NCBI GenBank assembly: GCA_040389905.1
Contig: JAZJZK010000014.1
Coordinates: 32,001-96,000, forward strand
DNA length: 64,000 nt
Origin: Gemmatimonadota bacterium
GTDB lineage: Bacteria > Gemmatimonadota > Gemmatimonadetes > Gemmatimonadales > Gemmatimonadaceae
Direction of reading: 5' to 3'
Shown: piece by piece, positions 28,947-38,154 of the stretch
Layout: each line of letters opens with the position of its first letter
Position numbering within the stretch: the first letter of the stretch is position 1
The notes under the pieces: generated by a model
Databases searched by the model: none
The model's input: the letters and a program-made list of their open reading frames with translations, nothing else
What the model was told of the DNA's origin: nothing
Position numbers and translations under genes: made by a program

Positions 28947-30140
28947 TTACGTCGTTGGCGGATTGAACGCCTCATGCTGCCCCTCGACCCAGCTCCGGTG
29001 ATACGACGGATCCTCGATGTCGAGCGCCTGCTTGGCCACCCTGAGCGGACGAAACGTGTCCATCATGACCGCATATTCGTCGGTGCCTTTCGCGCCCATG
29101 CTCGCTTCCGCGCGCCCAGGATGCGGTCCATGCGGTATACCATCGGGATGATGCGTAATGGAACCGAATTCGATTCCTTTTCGGCTCATGAACTCGCTCG
29201 AGGCGTAGTAGATCACCTCGTCTGAATCCACGTTGCTGTGGTTGTACGGCGCGGGGATCGCTTCCGGATGGAAATCGAATGGACGCGGACAGAAGGAGCA
29301 CACCACGAATCCGTCGCCCTGGAAGGTCTGGTGCACGGGCGGCGGCTGATGCACCCGCCCGACGATCGGCTCGAAGTCCTGGATGTTGAACGCCCACGGA
29401 TAGAACTGCCCATCCCAGCCAATGACATCGAGGGGATGGTGGTCGAGCACGATCTCATTGATTCCATCGTACTGCTTGACGAGGATGCGGAAGTCGCCGC
29501 GTTCGTCGTGGGTCACGAGATTGCGTGGGATGCGAATGTCTCGCTCGGAGAATGGCGCACCTTCGATGAGCTGCCCATACTCGTTGCGATAGCGCTTCGG
29601 CGGCCTGGTGTGACCTCGCCCCTCGATGACAAGGAGCTTGGTCTGCTCTGCCTCCACGTCGAAGCGGTAGCGGTGCATGATCCCGCGATGAATGACGAGA
29701 TAGTCGCCCTCACCGAACGGGAGATCGCCGTACTGCGTTTCGAGATGTCCCTTCCCTTTCGCGACGTAGACGATCTCGTCCGCCTGCGCGTTCCTGTAGA
29801 AGTGTTCGTCGGCGACGGTAGGCTCCACGTAGAGCATGGCCACGTCGGCGTTGAACAACAGGGGAACGCGATCGAGGGTCGGGCTACCGCCAGGCTTCAC
29901 CTGCGCGGTTTTGAAATGCCTGTGTTTGAGCGTCAGGTCGAGATCCGCCTCGAGCTTCGTCTCCATGAGTCGCTTGACCGACTGCACCGTCGTCGGCGGA
30001 TGCACATGGTACAAGAGCGCAGACGTTCCCGTGAACCCTTCGTGCCCCACGAGCTGCTCGGCATAGAGCCCGCCGTGCGGCTTTCGAAACGCGATGTGTC
30101 GCTTTCGCGGTATCTGCCCGAGCGTGTGGTAGTACGGCAT
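28947..30140 (-). CDS. hmgA: Homogentisate 1,2-dioxygenase
   Basis: HPLDVIGWDG, HQPPPVH, PYNHSNVDSDE, HGPHPG. Confidence 0.93.
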   Translation of the reverse strand: MPYYHTLGQIPRKRHIAFRKPHGGLYAEQLVGHEGFTGTSALLYHVHPPTTVQSVKRLMETKLEADLDLTLKHRHFKTAQVKPGGSPTLDRVPLLFNADVAMLYVEPTVADEHFYRNAQADEIVYVAKGKGHLETQYGDLPFGEGDYLVIHRGIMHRYRFDVEAEQTKLLVIEGRGHTRPPKRYRNEYGQLIEGAPFSERDIRIPRNLVTHDERGDFRILVKQYDGINEIVLDHHPLDVIGWDGQFYPWAFNIQDFEPIVGRVHQPPPVHQTFQGDGFVVCSFCPRPFDFHPEAIPAPYNHSNVDSDEVIYYASSEFMSRKGIEFGSITHHPDGIPHGPHPGRAEASMGAKGTDEYAVMMDTFRPLRVAKQALDIEDPSYHRSWVEGQHEAFNPPTT

Positions 30141-31279
30141 TACAGATTTCCTCGAAGCCCCTGCTCGCGTTCGATCGCCTCGAACAACGCCTTGAAGTTT
30201 CCAGCGCCAAAACTCTTCGCGCCCTTTCGCTGGATGATCTCGTAGAACACCGTCGGACGATCTTCGACGGGTTTGGTGAAGATCTGCAGCAGGTAGCCGT
30301 CCGGGTCGCGATCGATCAGGATGCCCAGCGTTGCCAGCTCGTCGACGGGTTCATCGATCTTGCCGATGCGCGCCTGCAGTTCATCGTAGTACGTCGTCGG
30401 CACCGTGAGGAATTCCACGCCGCGGTCGCGCAGGGACGTCACCGTCTTGATGATGTCATCCGTCGCCAGCGCCATGTGCTGTACGCCCGGGCCCTTGTAG
30501 AAGTCGAGATACTCGTCAATTTGCGACTTGCGCTTGCCCTGCGCCGGTTCGTTGATCGGGAACTTGATGCGGTCGTTGCCGTTCGCCATGACCTTCGACA
30601 TCAGCGACGAGTATTCGGTGCTGATCTGCTTGTCGTCGAAGGTGAGCAAGTTTCGGAAGCCCATCACGTGCGAGTAAAAGTCGACCCAGTCGTTCATGCG
30701 TCCGAGTTCGACGTTCCCCACGCAGTGGTCCACATACTTGAGACCGACGTCCGATGGCGTGTAATGCGCCTGCGCCGGCCGATACCCTGGCATGAAAAGC
30801 CCGCGATAGTTCTTCCGCTCGACGAGCGAATGAATCGTTTCGCCATAGATGCGGAACGACGCGATGATGATTTCGCCATCGTCGTCGCGCATGACGGTGG
30901 GCTCCTGCTCCGGAATGGCACCGCGAGCAACTGCCTTCTCGAACGCATCACGCGCGTCGTCTACCCAGAGCGCAATGTCGCGGACACCGTCGCCATGGGC
31001 GTACACATGGTCGGCAATTCGGCGGGCGTCATCGCTGAGGTCCGGGCGAATAGCCGTGGTGAAGACGAAGCGAATTTTCCCCTGCTGTAGCAGGTAGCTC
31101 GCGCGGTCACGACAGCCCGTCTCAGGCCCTCGGTAGCCGACGAGCTGGAATCCGAAGGCCGCTCGATAGAAGTACGACGCTTGCCGCGCGTTCCCGACGT
31201 AGAACTCGATGAAATCGGTCCCGTTGATGGGAAACGTGTCGTGAACTTCCGGAGCGGCCTCGAGTGTCGCGGTAGCCAT
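30140..31279 (-). CDS. hppD: 4-hydroxyphenylpyruvate dioxygenase
   Basis: ATG 31279; DHCVGN, GPGVQH, LLQIFT, FYEIIQRKG, FGAGNFKALFEAIE. Confidence 0.96.
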   Translation of the reverse strand: MATATLEAAPEVHDTFPINGTDFIEFYVGNARQASYFYRAAFGFQLVGYRGPETGCRDRASYLLQQGKIRFVFTTAIRPDLSDDARRIADHVYAHGDGVRDIALWVDDARDAFEKAVARGAIPEQEPTVMRDDDGEIIIASFRIYGETIHSLVERKNYRGLFMPGYRPAQAHYTPSDVGLKYVDHCVGNVELGRMNDWVDFYSHVMGFRNLLTFDDKQISTEYSSLMSKVMANGNDRIKFPINEPAQGKRKSQIDEYLDFYKGPGVQHMALATDDIIKTVTSLRDRGVEFLTVPTTYYDELQARIGKIDEPVDELATLGILIDRDPDGYLLQIFTKPVEDRPTVFYEIIQRKGAKSFGAGNFKALFEAIEREQGLRGNL

Positions 31280-31420
31280 GGATCCTCTCGATGAGCAAAG
31301 TCTGAATCGAAAGTTAAGAGTTGCGAGCCCGCCAGCAACCGACAATGCACGACCCGCCGATCCATTTGGTCAGGTCGCGCTTGCTCACAAATCAAGGTCG
31401 ATCGAGTTGGCACGCCTTTT

Positions 31421-31589
31421 TTCACCGCTGAGGGCGCGGAGGAGCAGAGGTTCGCAGAGGACTGCACGAAGTGCATGCCCTTCGCGGAGTCTACCCTCGA
31501 GGAGCGCGAGCGACGAAGGGCTCAGGGCGACAAAACGAGCGTGCTTTTCCTCTGCGCTCCTCCGCTCCTCTGCGACCTCTGCGGTTGAA
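31421..31589. repeat. Dispersed inverted-repeat element with (C)GCAGAGG periodic units, copy 1
   Basis: Arms 31421-31469 and 31541-31589; both match the element at 56908-57014 in opposite orientation. Confidence 0.88.
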
Positions 31590-31643
31590 TCGCGTTGGTC
31601 TCCGGACGCGCACTGGAGCCTTGGCAGTGCACGCTATCAGCCC

Positions 31644-33644
31644 TTAACCTCCCAAGTCGTCCAGATCCCGGTATAACTCCAACGCCTCGGGATTCGCCAA
31701 CGCATCTGTATTCTTGACCGGCCGGCCATGCACCACATCTCGCACCGCCAACTCCGAGATCTTCCCGCTGATCGTTCTCGGAATGTCCGCAATCTGGATG
31801 ATCTTCTTCGGCACATGATGCGGTGTCACATTCTCGCGGATCCGTCGCCTGATCTGGTCGCGTAGGCCGTCGTCGAGCGTCGTGCCCGTTTGCAGCCGAA
31901 CAAAGAGCACGATCCGTACGTCCTTGCCGCGCTTGTTCGTGATCTCCTGCCCGATCACGAGGCTTTCCAGCACCTCCGGCAAGTACTCGACCTGGCGATA
32001 GATCTCGGCGGTCCCAATGCGAACGCCTCCTGGATTCAATGTCGCATCGCTCCGGCCATGAATGACGAGCCCGCCGCGCTCCGTCAGCGTCGCCCAGTCG
32101 CCATGACGCCACACGCCTGGGAAATGCTCGAAGTACGCGGCTCGGTACTTGGCGCCGTCTGGATCATTCCAGAACGACACGGGCATGCTGGGAAAAGGAG
32201 CCGTGCACACCAGTTCTCCGGCACTATCCACCATCGCAATCCCTTCATCGTTCCACACCTCGACGCGCATCCCGAAACCGCGCGTCTGCAACTCACCCCG
32301 ATGCACCGGCAACGTCGGGTCTCCGAGTGCGAAGCAGGAAATGATGTCCGTGCCACCGCTGATGCTGCTGAGGCACACATCGGACTTCACACTCGAATAC
32401 ACATAGTCGTAGCTCTCCTCGGCGAGAGGACTGCCCGTGGAAAGGATCGTTCGCAGCGCCGAGAGGTCGTGCGTGTCGCGTGGTACGGTCCCTTCTTTTT
32501 CGGTGAGCGCGATCCACTTCGCGCTCGTGCCGAACACACTCACGCGTTCGGCGGCGACGAGGTCCCAAAGCACGGGGCGACCGCGCAAGAGCGGCGCGCC
32601 GTCGTACAACACGACAGTGCTGCCCACAGCGAGCGACGAGACGAGCCAGTTCCACATCATCCATCCGCACGTGGTGAAATAGAAAATGCGGTCAGCGCGA
32701 GTCAGGTCAGTGTGCAGGACGAGTTCCTTCAGGTGCTGCACCAGCGTTCCTCCTGCACCGTGCACCATGCACTTGGGCAGGCCTGTGGTTCCGGACGAAT
32801 ACATGATGTAGAGCGGATGATCGAATGGCAGTCGTTCGAAGGCGAGGGGCACGCCCGCGCCGCGCGCGAGCGCATCTGCCCACGAAACACCAATCTCGGA
32901 TCCCGAGAGATCCATCCCGCCATCCGCGCGGTGCGGAACGACGACCAGCCGCTCGATGCTCGGCAGCAGTGGGAGAAACTCCATCACGCGCGCGAGCGAA
33001 TCGATCGTCTTCGCGCCGTAGCGATAGCCATCGGCCGCGATGAGAACGCGCGGCTCGATCTGCCCGAAGCGGTCCACGACTCCCATCGGTCCGAAATCCG
33101 GCGAGCATGATGACCACACCGCCCCGATCGACGCCGTCGCCAACATCGCGACAACAGCCTCGGGGATATTCGGCAGAAAACCAGCCACCCTGTCACCTGC
33201 GACGATACCTGACGCCCGCAGGTAGGCGGCAAAGCATGCAACGTCGTTCGTCAGTTGGGCAAAGGTGAGGCGACGCGATGCTCCCTGCTCCGTCCAGAGA
33301 ACGAGCGCCTCACGATCATCGGCATACCGGAGGAGGTTCTCGGCGAAATTCAGCCGCGCCCCGGCGAACCACACCGGTCCGAGCGTGGGGTCGGGCGGCG
33401 CCATTCGATGACCGCCCGTGAGCACTCGATTCCACGGTGGGTCACCGCCGTCCGCAATAATGCGGGTGAATCGCCACAGCGCCGCCCAGAACGCCTCCGG
33501 TTCCGCGATCGACCATTCGTAGAGCGTGGGGCTGTCGCAGACGTCGCTCCCACGCCCGCCAAGCGGTTGAACGTGATCGCGGATGAAACGCGTCACGTTG
33601 GCGCGCGCAACCTGGTCGGCGGAGGGAGTCCAAACGATCGTCAC
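31644..33644 (-). CDS. Acetoacetate--CoA ligase
   Basis: WSSCSPDFG, YSSGTTGLPKCMVHGAGG, WMMWNW, GRSDATLNPGGVRIGTAEIY. Confidence 0.93.
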   Translation of the reverse strand: MTIVWTPSADQVARANVTRFIRDHVQPLGGRGSDVCDSPTLYEWSIAEPEAFWAALWRFTRIIADGGDPPWNRVLTGGHRMAPPDPTLGPVWFAGARLNFAENLLRYADDREALVLWTEQGASRRLTFAQLTNDVACFAAYLRASGIVAGDRVAGFLPNIPEAVVAMLATASIGAVWSSCSPDFGPMGVVDRFGQIEPRVLIAADGYRYGAKTIDSLARVMEFLPLLPSIERLVVVPHRADGGMDLSGSEIGVSWADALARGAGVPLAFERLPFDHPLYIMYSSGTTGLPKCMVHGAGGTLVQHLKELVLHTDLTRADRIFYFTTCGWMMWNWLVSSLAVGSTVVLYDGAPLLRGRPVLWDLVAAERVSVFGTSAKWIALTEKEGTVPRDTHDLSALRTILSTGSPLAEESYDYVYSSVKSDVCLSSISGGTDIISCFALGDPTLPVHRGELQTRGFGMRVEVWNDEGIAMVDSAGELVCTAPFPSMPVSFWNDPDGAKYRAAYFEHFPGVWRHGDWATLTERGGLVIHGRSDATLNPGGVRIGTAEIYRQVEYLPEVLESLVIGQEITNKRGKDVRIVLFVRLQTGTTLDDGLRDQIRRRIRENVTPHHVPKKIIQIADIPRTISGKISELAVRDVVHGRPVKNTDALANPEALELYRDLDDLGG

Positions 33645-33711
33645 GCCGAGAATATACCAGCCCGAGCGAAGTCGAGGTGACTACGAGATGCAATGCCCTG
33701 CGTGCTGTAAG

Positions 33712-33852
33712 CAGCTGTGACAGGTGCTCAGTGATCAGCCGCAGCCAACAGATTCTCAGGTGGTGTGGCGCTCTGGTGCATCGCACCCTTGTACGCCACA
33801 CCCCCTGTCGCTCCGCATTCTGCGGCTGGCTGCTGAGCACCTGGCACAACTG
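33712..33852. repeat. ~140-bp palindromic MITE-like element, copy 1
   Basis: CAGCTGTGACAGGTGCTCAG...CTGAGCACCTGGCACAACTG; similar to 46682-46823. Confidence 0.85.
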
Positions 33853-33895
33853 ACGTCCGGCGGCGCTCCATGATGCCGAGTTCGCGCCCTCGCTG

Positions 33896-36217
33896 TTATT
33901 TCGTGCGGACCAGCATGAACTGCAATGGTGTGCTCGGCGTCCCCCCGCCTGAGGTCAGCGTGAGCAATGACTCCCGTCCCGGAGGTACCGAGAATCGCAG
34001 ATACGCGGCCGAGCCTCCGCGAATCATCAGGTCGGTCTTCAAGTTGTCCGCAAGGTTCCCCACGACGAGCGGGTACATCGGAATGTTGAGGAACGTGGTC
34101 GTGAAAATGTCCCTGTAGTTCCAGCTCTTGTGCTGGTAACGCGGATCGACGGTGGGCAGGAAATCGTCGAGGTAATTCGCGACCGTCCAATCGCGGAACA
34201 GCGGAATCGGATCCGTTCCGAAGACCAGCTGAAGCGTCGCCATGCCCGTGACGGTCGAGTTGTCGAACCTCTGCCACATCGTCCCATCGGTCGTGCCGAG
34301 CCGGTCCGCGGCGTAGCGGAGGAATGACCAGGTGGCGCCGCGCGTCGCGAGGTCGTCGCCATTGGCAATTGGCGAGTTCACGCTGGGCGCGCGCAGATAT
34401 GACAGGAAACGCGAGAAGTTCGATGCGGCGTCGCCTTTCCAGAACCCGTACGTGGGCCTGTTGACGATGCGAATGTCATTGTCGTTGAGATTCAGACGCG
34501 GAGACAGCCCACTCTCGCGATAGTAGAGCAGTTCCTCGGCAATGTGGCTCAGTCCCTCGTTGAGCCAGACCTCCTCGTAGTCCGTTGCCGTGGTGTTGAC
34601 GAATGAACGGCGCGAGAAGTTGATCAGGTGCTGAAACTCATGGGCGATGATCCCCATCGTGAGGCTGTCCACGAATCCCACGGTGTGCGTCACCCCATTG
34701 ATGCCCGCGCCTGGCGCCGGCACCACCATGTAGAACATCTCCCCTTCGTTGCTGCCGGGGCAGTTGTCGGCCGTCACCGCCGCGACACGGGGCAGAAGGT
34801 CGCGCGGATTGAAGAAGCCGCCCACGAAGTATCCCGACTGCGACGTGACCATCTCGTTGACGATGCGCGTGAAGATGATCGCGACCCTGCCATTTGCATC
34901 GATGTCGCTCGGCGCGCCGAATGCTCCCGCGTCGAGAGGATAGACGAGTGTGTCGAACGTCGCCGCGAACCGTTGATAGTTGGCGGTCGTGAAACCGTCC
35001 GCAGGATTCAGCGTGTCCGAAAGAACGATGGATTTCGTTCCGATCGCTTCGACGCGCAGGCCGTGATTCACGGCGCCCGTGCAACTATTCGCACTTACGT
35101 TCAGATTGAGGAAATCACCAACCTTGGCATTGGCTGGAATCGCTGAGGCCGAGAGGGACATCGCGCCGCTGCCGGTAACCGAGCGGGACACCATCGAGCG
35201 CCGGGCTGCGCGCTCGCGGGCCAGCGCGCCCTTGTATCGCTGCTGGAATTCCTCCATCTGCCGGAGATGGAACGACTGATCGGGCATCCGTGCGGCGGTG
35301 GCGGCCGCGCTGATCGCGTCGCGAATGGCTAGCGCGCCCATGGACACCGGCTGCGCGTCGGTCGAGGGCGGGGCTCCTATTCCGTTGGCGACGACGGACG
35401 TCGTTGCCAGAATCGATTGGTCGATGGAGCTATTGAACGTGACGAGCGTGAATTCTGCGCCTGCCGCAGTGCCCGGAGCGCACACGTTCGTCTTGCCGCT
35501 ATAGGTCTGGATGTCCCCGACATTCATCGGGGTGGAGGTAGCGAGGCCTGTGCACAGCGTTGAACCTGCGGGAAGCACCGTCACAACCGTGGTATCGGCC
35601 TTTCCCGCGGACGACGAGATCACGAAGGTCGTGCCACCCAGGCGAAGGACGCGCACGAGTCCCGCTTGGTCGACACTCACGAGGGTGGCGTCCGTCGCCG
35701 AGTACGAGATCGCATTCGGGGCTGCGACATTTCCAAACTGGTCCTCGGCCGTCGCCGTCACGCGCGCTGTGTCGGAGACCGCGACGAAGCGGAGCGTCTT
35801 CGGCGTGACCGCCACCTTGGCTGCGGCAGCGGCGATAACCGTGATGTTCGCCGTTGCGGCTGTCGCCACGCCGGTCGCGGCGGCTCGAACGGTCGCGGCC
35901 CCCGCGACCGTACCGGCCGTGACGCTGGTGGAGGCGTTTCCCGACGCATCGGAGGTTCCGAACTGCGTACCTACCGAGGCGGAACCAGTCGCCGAGAAGG
36001 TCACTCCGACACCCGACACGGGATTCCCCTTCACGTCGCTGACCCTGACCGTGAAGGTGCCGGCAGAGCCGCCCGCTCCCACAGTTGGCGACGGCGTCGT
36101 CGTGATGAGAACCAGCGTGGGGGGACCCACGACCGTTGTCCCTGTGCCGTTGTCTGAACCGCACGCGGCGGTCACGGCAAGGGTCACGAGGAGAAGTGCG
36201 GAACGTAACCGAGTCAT
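33896..36217 (-). CDS. Lipoprotein with Ig-like (Big) domains and M30-like zinc metallopeptidase domain
   Basis: ATG 36217; lipobox TAAC; DVKGNPVSGVGVTF Ig-like segment; SDIDANGR, AHEFQHLI, WLNEGLSH. Confidence 0.8.
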   Translation of the reverse strand: MTRLRSALLLVTLAVTAACGSDNGTGTTVVGPPTLVLITTTPSPTVGAGGSAGTFTVRVSDVKGNPVSGVGVTFSATGSASVGTQFGTSDASGNASTSVTAGTVAGAATVRAAATGVATAATANITVIAAAAAKVAVTPKTLRFVAVSDTARVTATAEDQFGNVAAPNAISYSATDATLVSVDQAGLVRVLRLGGTTFVISSSAGKADTTVVTVLPAGSTLCTGLATSTPMNVGDIQTYSGKTNVCAPGTAAGAEFTLVTFNSSIDQSILATTSVVANGIGAPPSTDAQPVSMGALAIRDAISAAATAARMPDQSFHLRQMEEFQQRYKGALARERAARRSMVSRSVTGSGAMSLSASAIPANAKVGDFLNLNVSANSCTGAVNHGLRVEAIGTKSIVLSDTLNPADGFTTANYQRFAATFDTLVYPLDAGAFGAPSDIDANGRVAIIFTRIVNEMVTSQSGYFVGGFFNPRDLLPRVAAVTADNCPGSNEGEMFYMVVPAPGAGINGVTHTVGFVDSLTMGIIAHEFQHLINFSRRSFVNTTATDYEEVWLNEGLSHIAEELLYYRESGLSPRLNLNDNDIRIVNRPTYGFWKGDAASNFSRFLSYLRAPSVNSPIANGDDLATRGATWSFLRYAADRLGTTDGTMWQRFDNSTVTGMATLQLVFGTDPIPLFRDWTVANYLDDFLPTVDPRYQHKSWNYRDIFTTTFLNIPMYPLVVGNLADNLKTDLMIRGGSAAYLRFSVPPGRESLLTLTSGGGTPSTPLQFMLVRTK

Positions 36218-36222
36218 CTGTC

Positions 36223-37968
36223 TCACTTTGTCCTGACGACGACCAACTGAAGATTCGGATTCGCGACGCCGCCCGGTGCGCTGAGCGTGAGCGTGATCGA
36301 ACCGCTTGCGGAGAGGGTAAAGCGGTAGAACACAGCACCACCGGCCAGCACCGAGGAATTGAAGGTGCTGTTGATCGGCAGCGTCGGATTGTTGAGCGGA
36401 TACGGTGACAAAATCGTGCCGACGTTCGGATAGATGCTGTGCCAGTTCCAGCTTCGCTGCTGGTACTGCGTGTTCACCGACGCGACGTCGTCCACTGCCT
36501 GCGATACCGACCAGTCGCGAACGAAGCCAGCGATATCGGTTCCGAAGATGCTCTGGAGGTTCGCCATGCCGACGCTCTGGTTGTTCACGAGCCTGTACCA
36601 GAGTTCGGCGTCGGTTGCGGCGGTCGCACCGGCATAGGTCTCGGTCGATGCGGCCCTGCTGAACGTGGCCGGCGCAGGGAAGCGCTGCGTGGCATACCAC
36701 GCGCGAGCGGCGGCGAACAGCGGCGTGAGTTCCGCTCGCTCCCGAGTGTGCCGGCGCGATTCCATCGCGTCGTCGAGACGAAGCGTCGTCTCACCGTCGG
36801 TGCGCGCTTCCGGCCGCGCATCCATCGACGCGCTTGGGACGGAAACGGCGTTGACCGATGCGTTCTTGAGTGTGAAGTTCGTCGAGGGGCCGCCGACGAG
36901 CGATGTGTTGACGATGACGAGTGCATATTCTCCCAGTGTGGGGCCCGCGGAAATCGTCAGCTCGCCCGCGCCGGTGAGCGTGTTCGTGTTGACCGCCGTC
37001 GGTACATCCGTCGCGTTGACGCGATCCACGGCATACCGGAGAAAGGACCACGCGGCGCCGCGTGTCGCAAGCGAATCGTCGAGGCCGTAGGGAGAATTCG
37101 TCGAGGGTGCCGTGAGATAACTCTTCAGCCGCGACGCGTTCGCCGACATGTCGAGGTTATATGCGGTCCGCGATGCGTTCGTGGTGCGAAGCGCGTTGAT
37201 GTCCAGGTTGGCGCGCGAGCTCAATTGGCTCTCGCGATAGAACAACAGTTCCTCGGCAACATGCGCGAGTCCCTCGTCGAGCCACTTTTCCTCAAAGGCC
37301 GGCGTGACGTTCACGTAGAGGCGGCGCGATGCATTGATGATGTGCTCGAGCTCGTGGGCCAGGACGGACGTCGTCGCGGAATCCACGAAGCCCTTCGGCC
37401 GCGGGTTGCCGTTGATTTCACCGAGCGGATCGGGGGCGAGGGCGTAGAAGTATTCGCCCTGGTTGCTCCCTTGGCATGCCTGCGCCCGCGGCGTTCCGGC
37501 ATTGGGAAACAGGTCGCGCGAGAACGCCAGCCCACCCGTGTAGGATGCCGACTTCGTGGGTGTGAGCTCATTGATCGCGCGCGTGAACACGATCGCGATT
37601 CGGCCATTCTTGTCGATATCCGTCGGCTCGCCAAAGTTCGCGACGTCGATCGGATAGACCAGTGAGTCAAAGCGCGCGGCGTATTTCTCGAAGTCTGCGG
37701 TCGTGAAGCCGTTCTTCGGGTTCAGCGTGTCGCTGTAGATGATCGACTTCGTTCCGATGGCCATGACGCGCGCCCCGTGATAGACGGGATTCGTGCAGGG
37801 GTCGAGGGGGTTGACGTTCAGCGACATCAGGTCCCCGACGTTTTTTGGCCCCGATGGGTTCTGGATTGGCTCGCTCGTGGACGGCCCCGTGCCGTCACCA
37901 CATGCAGTGAAAGTGACCAGCGCGAATACGGTGGAGATGGCCTTTCGGGTGGTGTGACGAGCCGGCAT
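36223..37968 (-). CDS. Lipoprotein M30-like zinc metallopeptidase with a large internal insertion
   Basis: Likely ATG 37968; lipobox FTAC; TDIDKNGR, AHELEHII, WLDEGLAH; paralogue of its neighbour. Confidence 0.78.
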   Translation of the reverse strand: MPARHTTRKAISTVFALVTFTACGDGTGPSTSEPIQNPSGPKNVGDLMSLNVNPLDPCTNPVYHGARVMAIGTKSIIYSDTLNPKNGFTTADFEKYAARFDSLVYPIDVANFGEPTDIDKNGRIAIVFTRAINELTPTKSASYTGGLAFSRDLFPNAGTPRAQACQGSNQGEYFYALAPDPLGEINGNPRPKGFVDSATTSVLAHELEHIINASRRLYVNVTPAFEEKWLDEGLAHVAEELLFYRESQLSSRANLDINALRTTNASRTAYNLDMSANASRLKSYLTAPSTNSPYGLDDSLATRGAAWSFLRYAVDRVNATDVPTAVNTNTLTGAGELTISAGPTLGEYALVIVNTSLVGGPSTNFTLKNASVNAVSVPSASMDARPEARTDGETTLRLDDAMESRRHTRERAELTPLFAAARAWYATQRFPAPATFSRAASTETYAGATAATDAELWYRLVNNQSVGMANLQSIFGTDIAGFVRDWSVSQAVDDVASVNTQYQQRSWNWHSIYPNVGTILSPYPLNNPTLPINSTFNSSVLAGGAVFYRFTLSASGSITLTLSAPGGVANPNLQLVVVRTK

Positions 37969-38154
37969 TCGTAGGCGAGGTGGGGAAGGTTCAGTCCGCG
38001 TCGGCGCGGGGAAACTCGACGGCACACAGATTGTCGTCATGCAGACTGGACACGGCAGGACGACGTCACCCGATCCATTGTGTTAAACCGTGGCGAGGTG
38101 GCGGTTCCTCCGGCGGTGGCCGGCATCCGCTCAACCTCCCAGGCGGCGGCCCCG

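Noticed and set aside
31408..31423. TTGGCACG sigma54-like -24 box
   Set aside because: No TTGC -12 element at the right spacing and no + strand gene downstream
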